Translations under genes and position numbers: made by a program
The notes under the pieces: model-generated
The model's database searches: none
The model's input: the letters and a program-made list of their open reading frames with translations, nothing else
Told to the model about the DNA's origin: nothing
DNA from: Candidatus Adlerbacteria bacterium
Lineage (GTDB): Bacteria > Patescibacteriota > Minisyncoccia > Phycocordibacterales > SBAW01
Length of the DNA stretch: 64,000 nucleotides
Reading direction: 5' to 3'
Assembly (NCBI GenBank): GCA_027451965.1
Contig: DAIDHJ010000001.1
Location: forward strand, 424,963-488,962
In this document: one piece after another, positions 1-8,985 of the stretch
Layout: every line of letters starts with the position of its first letter
How positions within the stretch are numbered: the first letter of the stretch is position 1

Positions 1-111
1 TACTTCTCTTTTGTCTCCATAGGCACCCAGAGCTTCTGGATACTCGTCGGCATCATGCTGCTGCTCGGGGTTATCTCGTTGCTTTACTTTAAGCGCCGAG
101 GGTGGTTGTAA
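1..111 (+). CDS. 3' end of an upstream membrane-protein gene (partial; 5' end outside window)
   Basis: Open frame 1 runs from the window edge to TAA at 109-111. The translation ...FWILVGIMLLLGVISLLYFKRRGWL is a hydrophobic C-terminal TM helix. Confidence 0.35.
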   Translation, partial: YFSFVSIGTQSFWILVGIMLLLGVISLLYFKRRGWL

Positions 112-117
112 TGGACT

Positions 118-1560
118 ATGCGAAATACTTCCAGCAAGGCATTGTCTTCTTTACATTTCTATAACACTCTGTCCGGATCCGAAGAACTGTTCGAGCCGCT
201 TTCCCCCCCTCGAGTCAAGATGTATAACTGCGGCCCTACCGTGTACGACGAAGTGCATATCGGCAATCTACGAGCATACGTATTCGCCGATATGCTGCAC
301 CGTGTGCTCAGCGGCTGGGAATATGACGTGGAACAGGTCATCAACATAACGGATGTTGGGCATTTGACCGGAGACAATCTTGGCGATGCCGATACCGGAG
401 AAGATCGCATGGAAGCGAGTGCTCGCAAACAAGACAGATCGGCACAAGAGATCGCACAGGCCGTCACAGAGCGGTTTTTCGCTGACCTTGCGCTTTTGGG
501 TATCAATCGCGATCAGATCCGCTTCCCACGAGCCACCGAACACATTGCTGAACAAATCGCATTGGTGCAGACCTTGGAAGAAAAAGGATACACCTACACG
601 ACTTCCGATGGAGTCTATTTCGATACCACTAAATTCCCTGCTTATGGAAAATTAGGAAACATTGTGCTTTCAGGACAGAAAGAAGGCGCACGGGTAGAGG
701 AAAATCCAGAAAAGCACAGTCCGCATGACTTTGCGCTTTGGAAACTTTCAAAACCTGGGGAGCATCGGCAACAGGAATGGCCATCGCCGTGGGGCACAGG
801 ATTTCCTGGCTGGCACATTGAATGCACCGCCATGGTTTTTAAACTCCTTGGAAAACAGATTGATATTCATACGGGCGGCATCGATCATATTGCCATTCAC
901 CACAACAATGAGATTGCACAAGCAGAAGCGGCTACCGGAAAGCAGTTTGTAAAATACTGGATGCATGGCGCATTTATCACCATTGAAGGAAAGAAAATAT
1001 CTAAATCGCTCGGCAACACCATTTACCTGCGCAATATTATCGATCGAGGGTTCTCCCCTCGCGCACTGCGCTACTGGTTCCTGACCGGACATTACCGATC
1101 GCCCATGAACTTTACATGGGACGCAATCGAAGGATCTCATACTGCGCTCATGCGCCTCACGCGCAGCTTTATTGAAACCGCTTCATCCCGGTCCGGATTA
1201 CCCGACCCAGCATTCCTGCGTGATTTCTACGATGCACTTTCCCATGACCTTGATACGCCTCGAGCACTCGCACGTCTATGGGAACTTCTTAAAGACGATA
1301 CTATTCTCCCAGAGCAGAAGCATGCTTCACTCCTCGTGGCAGACCAATTTTTGGGACTCGGCCTTTCTGAACCTCGCTCTGCAACCGCTGTTTCTATTGC
1401 TTCGATTCCAGACGCAGTACAACAGCTCGTCGAAGCTCGTGAACAAGCCCGCCAGGAAAAGGATTTTTCCAAAGCAGATCAGCTACGCCAAGAGATACAG
1501 CGCTTGGGATACGAAGTGCACGATACCCCGGAAGGGCCAAAACTGGAGCCTCGGGCATAA
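118..1560 (+). CDS. cysS: cysteinyl-tRNA synthetase
   Basis: 480-aa ORF with the class I HIGH motif (YNCGPTVYDEVHIGN) and KMSKS motif (KISKSLGN). The WHIEC zinc-binding region typical of CysS is present. Confidence 0.93.
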   Translation: MRNTSSKALSSLHFYNTLSGSEELFEPLSPPRVKMYNCGPTVYDEVHIGNLRAYVFADMLHRVLSGWEYDVEQVINITDVGHLTGDNLGDADTGEDRMEASARKQDRSAQEIAQAVTERFFADLALLGINRDQIRFPRATEHIAEQIALVQTLEEKGYTYTTSDGVYFDTTKFPAYGKLGNIVLSGQKEGARVEENPEKHSPHDFALWKLSKPGEHRQQEWPSPWGTGFPGWHIECTAMVFKLLGKQIDIHTGGIDHIAIHHNNEIAQAEAATGKQFVKYWMHGAFITIEGKKISKSLGNTIYLRNIIDRGFSPRALRYWFLTGHYRSPMNFTWDAIEGSHTALMRLTRSFIETASSRSGLPDPAFLRDFYDALSHDLDTPRALARLWELLKDDTILPEQKHASLLVADQFLGLGLSEPRSATAVSIASIPDAVQQLVEAREQARQEKDFSKADQLRQEIQRLGYEVHDTPEGPKLEPRA

Positions 1561-1642
1561 TCCACTGTTTGTCCCCACAATCCCCTCAGAGGCCTGCTCA
1601 TAAGCGCTTTCCCCTCTTTTCTAAACAAGGTACTCTAACAGC

Positions 1643-3034
1643 ATGCCTGTTCGTAAAAAACTCGACAGTGATCTGCGAGTACCGCCTCAAGCTCCTGAAT
1701 CAGAGCGTGCGCTTTTAGGTGCGCTTATGATTCGTCCGGATGGCATGAATGAAGTGCTTGATCTTCTTGATCCGGATGCGTTCTACAGCGAAAAGCATCG
1801 CATTCTCTATCGAGCAATGCTCACACTCCTCAACAAGAACGAACCGATTGATGTCGAAAGCGTACGTGCTTTCCTCTCTGACAAGAAACAACTGGAAGCA
1901 ATCGGCGGTGTTTCCTACCTTGGAGAACTCGTCAGTGGTGTTGCCGCAGCAAGCAATGCACGCCATTACGCGCAGCAGGTTCAGAAGAAGTACATGCTGC
2001 GCCAACTTATTGATGCGGGCGAGTATGTGGCGGAATTAGGATTCGACGAAGGTGAAGAAATAGAGGAAACACTCGATAAGGCGGAGAAAAAAATCTATGA
2101 AGTGACCTCCACGCCTACTATGACTAAATTCACTCCCCTGCGAGAAAGCTTGAGTGAAGCATGGGAACGACTGGAGCGCCTCCATCAGCATAAAGACGAA
2201 TTGCGCGGCGTACGTACCGGTTTCCGCGATTTGGATGGATTACTCGCAGGACTGCAGAATTCAGATCTTATCATTCTTGCCGCTCGTCCCAGTATGGGAA
2301 AAACCGCACTTGCCCTCGATATTGCCCGCCAAAGCGCAGTCCAGCACCAGGTACCGGTAGGCATCTTTTCGCTTGAAATGAGCGCGCAGCAGCTCGTAGA
2401 CCGTATGGTGGCCGCAGAAGCCAAGGTGAATGCATGGAATTTGCGCATTGGGCGTATTTCCGGAGATGATGATTTTGCACGGATTCGCGACGCATATGAC
2501 CGTCTTTCGCAAGCTCCCATCTTTATCGACGATCAGCCAGGTAACGATATTCTCAAAATGCGTGCCGTAGCGCGCCGTCTAAAGAAGGAAAACGGATTGG
2601 GACTTCTGGTAGTCGACTACCTACAGCTCATGGCTCCCACCAATGCGCGTTCCAGCGATTCACTCGTCCAGCAGGTTACTGAAATCTCCCGTTCGCTCAA
2701 GCATCTTGCTCGAGAACTTGATGTGCCGGTACTCGCACTTTCGCAGCTCTCTCGCGCCGTAGAGCAGCGTCGCGGTAGACCGCGCCTGTCAGACCTTCGC
2801 GATTCAGGATCCATTGAACAGGATGCTGATGTCGTCATGTTCATCCACCGAGAAGACAAGATGAATGAGACGTCCGATCGTCCCAACATTGCGGAAGTGC
2901 TTATTGAAAAACACCGCAATGGCCCGGTGGGCAAAGTTGAATTGTATTTTGATGAAAAACGCACCACCTTCCTCTCGCTAGAAAAGGCCGATTTCGATGC
3001 CTATGAAAAAACTGTCTCCGAACCACCGTTTTAA
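1643..3034 (+). CDS. dnaB: replicative DNA helicase DnaB
   Basis: 463 aa. Carries DnaB N-terminal domain signatures, Walker A (AARPSMGKTALALDIA), a Walker B/RecA fold (LLVVDYLQLM) and the SQLSRAVEQR arginine finger region. Confidence 0.93.
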   Translation: MPVRKKLDSDLRVPPQAPESERALLGALMIRPDGMNEVLDLLDPDAFYSEKHRILYRAMLTLLNKNEPIDVESVRAFLSDKKQLEAIGGVSYLGELVSGVAAASNARHYAQQVQKKYMLRQLIDAGEYVAELGFDEGEEIEETLDKAEKKIYEVTSTPTMTKFTPLRESLSEAWERLERLHQHKDELRGVRTGFRDLDGLLAGLQNSDLIILAARPSMGKTALALDIARQSAVQHQVPVGIFSLEMSAQQLVDRMVAAEAKVNAWNLRIGRISGDDDFARIRDAYDRLSQAPIFIDDQPGNDILKMRAVARRLKKENGLGLLVVDYLQLMAPTNARSSDSLVQQVTEISRSLKHLARELDVPVLALSQLSRAVEQRRGRPRLSDLRDSGSIEQDADVVMFIHREDKMNETSDRPNIAEVLIEKHRNGPVGKVELYFDEKRTTFLSLEKADFDAYEKTVSEPPF

Positions 3035-3037
3035 TCC

Positions 3038-3658
3038 ATGGATCCTATAGAGAAACTCGCTTCCCTGTTTGAGCATTTTCCTGGCATCGGTCCACGCCAG
3101 GCAAACCGTTTCGTGCAATACCTTCTTGGACAAAAAAGTGCTTTTCGCACTGAACTTGCCAGCATGATCAAGGAACTGGGAGCTCATACCGGCCAATGCA
3201 CCAGCTGCTTCCGATGGTATGTAAAATCAACCCAAGACCACAAGCAATGTGGTATTTGTGCGAGCGCTTCGCGTGACAGAACACTGCTGTTCATCGTAGA
3301 AAAAGATTCTGATATTGCTAATGTTGAACGGAGCGGTTTTCAAGGAATCTACTTCGTGCTGGGCGGCACCATTCCTCTGGCAGCAGAGACACCTGAAAAA
3401 TATGTGCGCATACAGCCGCTCATAGAACATATAGAGAAGAGTGCGGCACAGCTCAAGGAAGTCATCCTCGGCCTTTCCGCTACAAAAGAAAGCGATCATA
3501 CTCGCCTCATTCTTACTGAAAAATTGCGCCCGCTTATCCAAAAATATGGAATAAGACTCTCTTCCCTAGGAAGGGGTCTATCAACAGGATCGGAACTAGA
3601 ATACGCCGATCCAGAAACCATTGCGTATGCCGTGCAGGCACGCAACGAAGCGGATTAG
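3038..3658 (+). CDS. recR: recombination protein RecR
   Basis: 206 aa. Has an N-terminal HhH (FPGIGPRQANRF), a C4 zinc finger (CTSCFRW...CGICAS) and a Toprim domain. Starts 4 nt after the dnaB stop. Confidence 0.9.
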   Translation: MDPIEKLASLFEHFPGIGPRQANRFVQYLLGQKSAFRTELASMIKELGAHTGQCTSCFRWYVKSTQDHKQCGICASASRDRTLLFIVEKDSDIANVERSGFQGIYFVLGGTIPLAAETPEKYVRIQPLIEHIEKSAAQLKEVILGLSATKESDHTRLILTEKLRPLIQKYGIRLSSLGRGLSTGSELEYADPETIAYAVQARNEAD

Positions 3659-3981
3659 CCGAGCTTCGTGATCATCACCTCAAAGAAAGGCTGTCGGTGG
3701 CCACGTTTCTTGAAATAGTTGCTTTTCGCTTTGTATTTGATGACGACTACCTTCTTTGCACGCGCCACTTTCTTAATTTCTGCGCTTACCTTTGCACCGG
3801 CAATATAGGGTGTGCCGATAGTCGTATCATTGCCGTTATCGACGACCAATACCCTATCAAATACGATCGAGTCGCCTACCTTGTGATCCCCTTTGATTTT
3901 CTCAATCTTGAGGGTATCGCCTTCCGACACGAGATACTGCTTCCCGCCGGTCTCAATGATGGCAAACTCTTTTGTGGCCAT
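3655..3981 (-). CDS. rplU: 50S ribosomal protein L21
   Basis: 108 aa. MATKEFAIIETGGKQYLVSEGDTLKIEKI... matches the bL21 family pattern (YAIvEtGGKQykV). Note that rpmA (L27) is not adjacent. Confidence 0.9.
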   Translation of the reverse strand: MATKEFAIIETGGKQYLVSEGDTLKIEKIKGDHKVGDSIVFDRVLVVDNGNDTTIGTPYIAGAKVSAEIKKVARAKKVVVIKYKAKSNYFKKRGHRQPFFEVMITKLG

Positions 3982-4038
3982 AATGCGAGGCAGTATAGCA
4001 ATACTATGTAAAAATGCAAGAAATACGGCCTAAAACGG

Positions 4039-5127
4039 CTATTCTTTACCTTCAAGCAGCGGCCGCTCCACCACTTCCAGCTCAATGCCGATAGAGTCGC
4101 TAGTAATGCGAAGAATGTCCTTATCGATCTGTTTAAACGCTTTCCCCGAGGATTCATAATTCCCAACTACCTTATTGAGCGAATCGCCGAGCTTGTTGTG
4201 ATACTCCTGATACGATTTGAGATGCTTGCCGAGTTCGGATACATTTTTGATAATGTCCTTTGCTTGCTCTTGAATCTTTACCCGCTGATTTCCGAACAGC
4301 ACCGTTTGCAGGTATGCAAGAAATGTCGTGGGAGAGACAATCACCACGTTCTTCTGCTTGTAAGCATACTCAATGAGATCCCGTGAATTGACACCAACAC
4401 CCACATCGCTGTTGAGCAGATCGTAGTAGATGCCTTCTGCAGGAATGAACATAAAGGCGAACGGGAGGGTTCCCTCTTCCGGACGGATATATTTTGCCGT
4501 TTCATCGATTCTCTTTTTCACATCTGACTTGAAATCTTTTCGGTACTGTTCAATGAGCTTCTCATCCACCGCATCAGTGAGACGGATATAGTTCTCGAGG
4601 GGAAATTTTGAATCGATGGGAATGAGTCCGTCTTGCGTTCGAATGATCATATCGACGATTTCTCCGTCCTTAAAGCGGTATTGCGGCTCATATTGTCCAG
4701 GCAAGACATTCGAGAGGATGAGTTCGAGAGAAGATTCACCGAGGTTGCCTCGCTGCTTCTGATTCTTGAGCACCTTCTCCAGATTCTGCAGCTGTTCAGC
4801 GATCGTAAAAACCTGTTTTGTCGATTCCTTTGTTTCCGTCACCCCTTTTGTTACCTCAATGAGCTGCTGGGATACCCGGTCGGTAATCTCGCTGATAAGC
4901 CGTTGCGATTGGTCAAACTGGGTGCGCATGGATTCAAAGACGCGCGTATTTCCTTCCCCCACCTTCTGTTCCATGGCACGGGTGAGTTCCTGCATCTGAT
5001 TCTGCAAAAGAAGCAGTCCTTGCGTATCTTCCTTCTCTTTTCCCCGTCGGGAAAGCACATAGAGGGTAGCAATATTGCCGAGTACCAGAAGCACCAAGAG
5101 TGCGATAAGCCATGACATATGGCTCAT
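4039..5127 (-). CDS. rmuC: DNA recombination protein RmuC
   Basis: The ORF-track frame 4039..5370 contains an N-terminal TM helix (MSHMSWLIALLVLLVLGNIATLYVL), a long coiled coil and a C-terminal RmuC-type region (FAFMFIPAEGIYYDLL). The start is set at the internal ATG at 5125-5127 so it does not collide with divergent yqeY. The start codon is inferred. Confidence 0.7.
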   Translation of the reverse strand: MSHMSWLIALLVLLVLGNIATLYVLSRRGKEKEDTQGLLLLQNQMQELTRAMEQKVGEGNTRVFESMRTQFDQSQRLISEITDRVSQQLIEVTKGVTETKESTKQVFTIAEQLQNLEKVLKNQKQRGNLGESSLELILSNVLPGQYEPQYRFKDGEIVDMIIRTQDGLIPIDSKFPLENYIRLTDAVDEKLIEQYRKDFKSDVKKRIDETAKYIRPEEGTLPFAFMFIPAEGIYYDLLNSDVGVGVNSRDLIEYAYKQKNVVIVSPTTFLAYLQTVLFGNQRVKIQEQAKDIIKNVSELGKHLKSYQEYHNKLGDSLNKVVGNYESSGKAFKQIDKDILRITSDSIGIELEVVERPLLEGKE

Positions 5128-5163
5128 GGTAACACGGTGCCGTGTTTGATAAAATAAAAGAAT

Positions 5164-5616
5164 ATGACACACCAAGAACTCAAAGAAGCTGTTAAGACGG
5201 CTATGAAAAATCGAGAAGCGGAAAGACTTTCTGTGTTGCGAGGGCTTTTGTCTGCAGCAACTAACGAACTCATTACGAAAGGAAAAAAACCGGATGAAGA
5301 ACTTCCCGAGGAGGATATCACCGCACTCATACGCCGCGGCGCAAAACAACGGAAAGATTCGATAGAACAATTCGAGAAAGGAGGACGCCCTGATCTAGCG
5401 CAACAAGAAATACAGGAACTTTCCGTCTTGGAAGCTCTTCTTCCTCCACAGATGTCTGTCGAGGAAATAAAAGCTGTGGTGGAAGCAAAGGCAAAAGAAA
5501 TGGGTGTCACCGACAAATCAAAAGCTAATCAGCTTATGGGTATGGTCATGAAAGATCTCAAGGGAAAGGCAGATGGGACACTGGTCAAACAGGTAGTGGA
5601 GGAGCTGTTTACCTAG
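5164..5616 (+). CDS. yqeY: GatB/YqeY domain protein
   Basis: 150 aa. MTHQELKEAVKTAMKNREAERLSVLRGLLSAATNE... is the typical YqeY/GatB C-terminal-like domain. Confidence 0.85.
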   Translation: MTHQELKEAVKTAMKNREAERLSVLRGLLSAATNELITKGKKPDEELPEEDITALIRRGAKQRKDSIEQFEKGGRPDLAQQEIQELSVLEALLPPQMSVEEIKAVVEAKAKEMGVTDKSKANQLMGMVMKDLKGKADGTLVKQVVEELFT

Positions 5617-5693
5617 CATTGACTTTTTAATTTAAATGTGCTTTTCTATCTCTCAGAAGAGGGTCACCTCTTGCTACCTATAAGGAGGCAAAT

Positions 5694-6005
5694 GTGACAT
5701 ACAGACCGTATGTGTTTACACTTCAAGAAGCACAGAGTGCTATTGCACGAGCAAAAACTTCACTAGATCTCGATGCTGGGCTACTACTTCTCATGGCAAA
5801 TCGTCCAGAATGCCGTGGACGTCTTGATCGAGAATTAGTACTTACTATTTATAAGTTCGTAGAACGAGAACTTAAAGAGCGAGGGGTGAAGGAAGACCTT
5901 AGTATTCTTACCAGAGAATACCAAGGTCGAATCATCTCTATGAAAAAAACTCGAAGCAAAGCGCCAAAACAGTGCACATTTCCATATCAGCAGGGGCACA
6001 CCTAG
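5694..6005 (+). CDS. hypothetical protein
   Basis: 103-aa ORF with a GTG start preceded by a strong SD (TAAGGAGG at 5681-5688). No recognisable motifs. Confidence 0.45.
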   Translation: MTYRPYVFTLQEAQSAIARAKTSLDLDAGLLLLMANRPECRGRLDRELVLTIYKFVERELKERGVKEDLSILTREYQGRIISMKKTRSKAPKQCTFPYQQGHT

Positions 6006-6535
6006 TGTGTCCCTTTCTGTTTGGTATACAAAAACCGCCATGGTTTATGTATCCATTCATCTGCATATCGAATCCCTATGCGTGGTGTTTTCTGTATAAG
6101 ACGAGGAGGAACAATAACTCCCCTATCTTCAATCCATACACCTGTCTGCTTTCCGAGCATCTTTCCATTCACTTCTTTATCTATATGAAGTGCTTTTGTC
6201 AGACGAGCCGGACCTATAATTTCTTTAACTCCGCGAATCAGCACACCAGCAGGAAATCCCTCCTTACCGCAGACCAGGTTGAGCATCCAATGCATACCAT
6301 AGGTGTAATAAACATAGAGTGTGCCGGCTCGGGCAAACATGGGCGTGTTGCGTAGCGTTTTTCCACGGCTTGCATGCGATGCCTTATCCTGAAACCCATG
6401 ATAGGCTTCTGTTTCCGTAATCATATGTGCCACTTCTTTCCCTTCCCATACACGCACTAAAAACTTTCCGATCAGCTCCTGCGCAACCGTTGGTGTTGAT
6501 CGTTCAAAAAAAGCAGAAGGCACTATTTTTCTCAT
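6002..6535 (-). CDS. mpg: DNA-3-methyladenine glycosylase (Mpg/AAG family)
   Basis: Family motifs ITETEAYHG, YVYYTYGMHWMLNLV and LTKALHIDK are present. The start is placed at the internal Met (MRKIVPSAFFE); the ORF-track frame extends to 6601. Confidence 0.8.
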   Translation of the reverse strand: MRKIVPSAFFERSTPTVAQELIGKFLVRVWEGKEVAHMITETEAYHGFQDKASHASRGKTLRNTPMFARAGTLYVYYTYGMHWMLNLVCGKEGFPAGVLIRGVKEIIGPARLTKALHIDKEVNGKMLGKQTGVWIEDRGVIVPPRLIQKTPRIGIRYADEWIHKPWRFLYTKQKGTH

Positions 6536-6636
6536 ACGCCCTGATATCCTATCTTGAAATATGAGTGTAATAAAGTTATGAATCGATACGTCTACATGCA
6601 TGTGGTCGATTATTACCCTGCGTAACCTTACTAATT

Positions 6637-6987
6637 ATGGGAAATTTCTTTATCTCACTGCTCATTAGCGCACTGCTCGGTACGGGAGCGCTTGCATCTG
6701 CGCATATGCATAGCGATGCACAAGCAAGCACATCAGCACAAATAGCAAGCACTTCTGTGGCACATGAAGCGGAAATACATGCAAACGCGCATGCAGCATT
6801 CGGTCTTACGCATGTTCTGATGGGCCTCCTTCATTCCGATGAGGCAGTATCGGCAGATACCGATGCCACAAGCACACAGCCTGATGATACAAATACCGCT
6901 ACCCTCAATACCCGTGCACAGATGCACGGAATAGGAAACATCGAGGTACAGCATCAGACAGACGGAAACGTACATCTCGATTTCTAA
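6637..6987 (+). CDS. His-rich secreted protein (possible metal-binding periplasmic protein)
   Basis: 116 aa. N-terminal signal peptide (MGNFFISLLISALLGTGALASA) followed by repeated His/Ala/Asp-rich segments (HMHSDAQAS..HEAEIHANAHAAFGLTHVLMGLLHSDEA). Confidence 0.55.
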   Translation: MGNFFISLLISALLGTGALASAHMHSDAQASTSAQIASTSVAHEAEIHANAHAAFGLTHVLMGLLHSDEAVSADTDATSTQPDDTNTATLNTRAQMHGIGNIEVQHQTDGNVHLDF

Positions 6988-7006
6988 TCTCTCTCGCTTC
7001 TCCAGT

Positions 7007-7036
7007 AAAAGACCATCCAAACGGATGGTCTTTTAT
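7007..7036 (+). terminator. rho-independent terminator after the His-rich protein gene
   Basis: Stem GACCATCC (7011-7018), loop AAAC, stem GGATGGTC (7023-7030), then TTTT (7031-7034). Confidence 0.6.
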
Positions 7037-7046
7037 GTGCCAGACA

Positions 7047-7074
7047 TTGACAAAGATACGATTATTTATAAAAT
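7047..7074 (+). promoter_or_regulatory. sigma70-like promoter for the 7124 ORF
   Basis: TTGACA (7047-7052), 16-nt spacer, TAAAAT (7069-7074). Confidence 0.35.
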
Positions 7075-7123
7075 TTTACCCGTTTTAACTCACAGTTCTT
7101 ACACACTGCACAAGGATTAATCA

Positions 7124-7489
7124 ATGCCTGCACAAAGGCTTCCGATGGAAGAGCCGAGAATAAAACTGGCAAACTTGCAGGAGTTTATGCTCCACGTTCC
7201 GATTCCCCTCGTCTACGACTTTGGAAATTTTCTTGCGAGCTACATTACCGCTCCAACGATCACGCCTGAAGAATTTCTTCTCATATGCGAAAATGCTTTC
7301 GAGGATCTCAAGGGTGGGATCAACCGCCACACAAACACACCTATTCGGCACAAATTGGTCGGATATCCACCTATGACATGGGGCTTGTTGCGTACAGAAC
7401 TCTCATATATCGCTGACGCTATATTCCCTTCTTGGTTTGCATCCCATGTCGCTGAACATGTACAAAAAATACAAGATCTGGGAAAATAA
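7124..7489 (+). CDS. hypothetical protein
   Basis: 121-aa ORF downstream of the promoter-like element. No motifs recognised. Confidence 0.4.
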   Translation: MPAQRLPMEEPRIKLANLQEFMLHVPIPLVYDFGNFLASYITAPTITPEEFLLICENAFEDLKGGINRHTNTPIRHKLVGYPPMTWGLLRTELSYIADAIFPSWFASHVAEHVQKIQDLGK

Positions 7490-7578
7490 TCCTGCGCCGA
7501 TTCATCAGACCGTCCACTACAGAGACTGCCACACCAGTCTGAATGGTGAGGCGGTTTTCTGTTTTAACTAAGTACTCA

Positions 7579-7650
7579 TGACCCTACGGGGATTCGAACC
7601 CCGATTTACGCCGTGAGAGGGCGCTGTCCTAACCATTAGACGATAGGGCC
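7579..7650 (-). tRNA. tRNA-Glu (anticodon CUC)
   Basis: The reverse complement GGCCCTATCGTCTAATGGTTAGGACAGCGCCCTCTCACGGCGTAAATCGGGGTTCGAATCCCCGTAGGGTCA folds as a cloverleaf: 7-bp acceptor stem (one G-U), D arm, anticodon loop CTCTCAC, GGTTCGAAT T-loop. CCA is not encoded. Confidence 0.85.
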
Positions 7651-7674
7651 AATATACGCCACGGTACACTATTT

Positions 7675-8982
7675 CTATCGCTTCTTCCACTCTTTCTCCT
7701 GCCGTACGAGCTCATCTTTTGCATATTCCGGATACGCCATAAGCATCTCGACGGTGCGTTCCATGCGCATCGATTGCGACCCTTTTATCAGTACGCAATC
7801 GCGGTCTGCAATCAAATGTTGCAATTCAGTTCCCGCAGTGCGTGCATCCTCATACTGCAAAATCGCTGTGTCTGGCAATCCTGCATCGAATGCCCCTTGC
7901 GCTATATCGCGCGCCCGGAAGCCTACTGTAGCAAGCAGGTCGACACATGTTGCAGCATACGTGCCTATTTTTCGATGTTCCGCAACCGAATAACGACCCA
8001 GCTCAAGCATATCTCCGAGCACGGCAATTGCTCTTCCTCCTATTTGCCGCTTCACGAACGCAAGCGTGTCCAGTGCAGCTGTTACCGCAGCAGGTGAAGA
8101 ATTGTACGTGTCGTCTATGAGAAGCGTTTCCTTGATGCCGCGCAGGATGTGCATGCGACCATGCGGCGGCATATACGACTGGAGTGCTTCTATGACACGG
8201 GCAATGTCCTTTCCTAATGTTTTTCCTACCGCCACTGCAGCAAGTAAGGAAAGATAGAGATGCGGCCCTACTGTTCCTAAAAGCGCAAGCGTGCGTGCCG
8301 GCTGCGCATCCACATGTATGTCTGCCTGCATGCCAATGATGGTATTGGGATCATGCGTATCCGATAGCAGCGCAAATCCGTCTGCCCACACTTCATTGTC
8401 AGCAGAGAGACCGAACATGCTCACCCGTACATCGCGTGCATGAGCCCTATCGGCAAGCGCGCGTGTGCGAGCATCGTCTCCATACAGTACGAGCGTCCCT
8501 CCAGGACGCACGGTCTGTATAAGTGATGCTTTTTCCTCTATTACCGCCTCCGGTGATGAAAAAAATTCTACATGGACCGGAATTTCCGGTAAGCGGGTGA
8601 TTACTGCGATATCAGTCGTCAACCAAGACGAGAGTGAACTGATGTCTCCAGGACGGTCTGCGCCAACCTCAAGCACCAACCACGCCGGATATTGCACACG
8701 GAACACAATGAGCAGAAGGCCGTCCAGGATATTTTGCAGCCATCCGAGCGGATTATGCCAGGCATTCGGCCGACCGAGAATAGTAAGCGGGATACCTAAT
8801 TCGCTATTAAAACTCTTTTCGCTTTTGCGCACCGACGTGTCGTAAGAAAGCGCGGTAGCAATAGCATCTTTGGTGGAAGTCTTGCCGACGCTGCCGGTTA
8901 CGGCGACAATGCGCGGTTTATATTTGCGCAACACTAAGCGTGCTTCTGCAGTGAGGAGAAATACAATGATGCGTTTCAACAT
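7675..8982 (-). CDS. murF: Mur ligase, MurF-like (UDP-MurNAc-tripeptide--D-Ala-D-Ala ligase), lacking the usual N-terminal domain
   Basis: 435 aa. Has the Mur ligase P-loop VTGSVGKTSTKD at residues about 29-40 and a C-terminal DDTYNSSPAAVTAAL, which resembles the MurF DDSYNANP motif. It sits in the position of murE/murF in the dcw cluster. The 4-nt gap to ftsI leaves no room for a missing N-terminal domain. Confidence 0.65.
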   Translation of the reverse strand: MLKRIIVFLLTAEARLVLRKYKPRIVAVTGSVGKTSTKDAIATALSYDTSVRKSEKSFNSELGIPLTILGRPNAWHNPLGWLQNILDGLLLIVFRVQYPAWLVLEVGADRPGDISSLSSWLTTDIAVITRLPEIPVHVEFFSSPEAVIEEKASLIQTVRPGGTLVLYGDDARTRALADRAHARDVRVSMFGLSADNEVWADGFALLSDTHDPNTIIGMQADIHVDAQPARTLALLGTVGPHLYLSLLAAVAVGKTLGKDIARVIEALQSYMPPHGRMHILRGIKETLLIDDTYNSSPAAVTAALDTLAFVKRQIGGRAIAVLGDMLELGRYSVAEHRKIGTYAATCVDLLATVGFRARDIAQGAFDAGLPDTAILQYEDARTAGTELQHLIADRDCVLIKGSQSMRMERTVEMLMAYPEYAKDELVRQEKEWKKR

Positions 8983-8985
8983 GGA

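Noticed and set aside
380-1140. Numerous 60-130-aa ORFs antisense to or nested within cysS, dnaB, ftsI, pbp2, the RND gene and others
   Set aside because: All lie inside long conserved genes, have no SD and give low-complexity translations. They are standard shadow ORFs of moderately GC-rich coding sequence.
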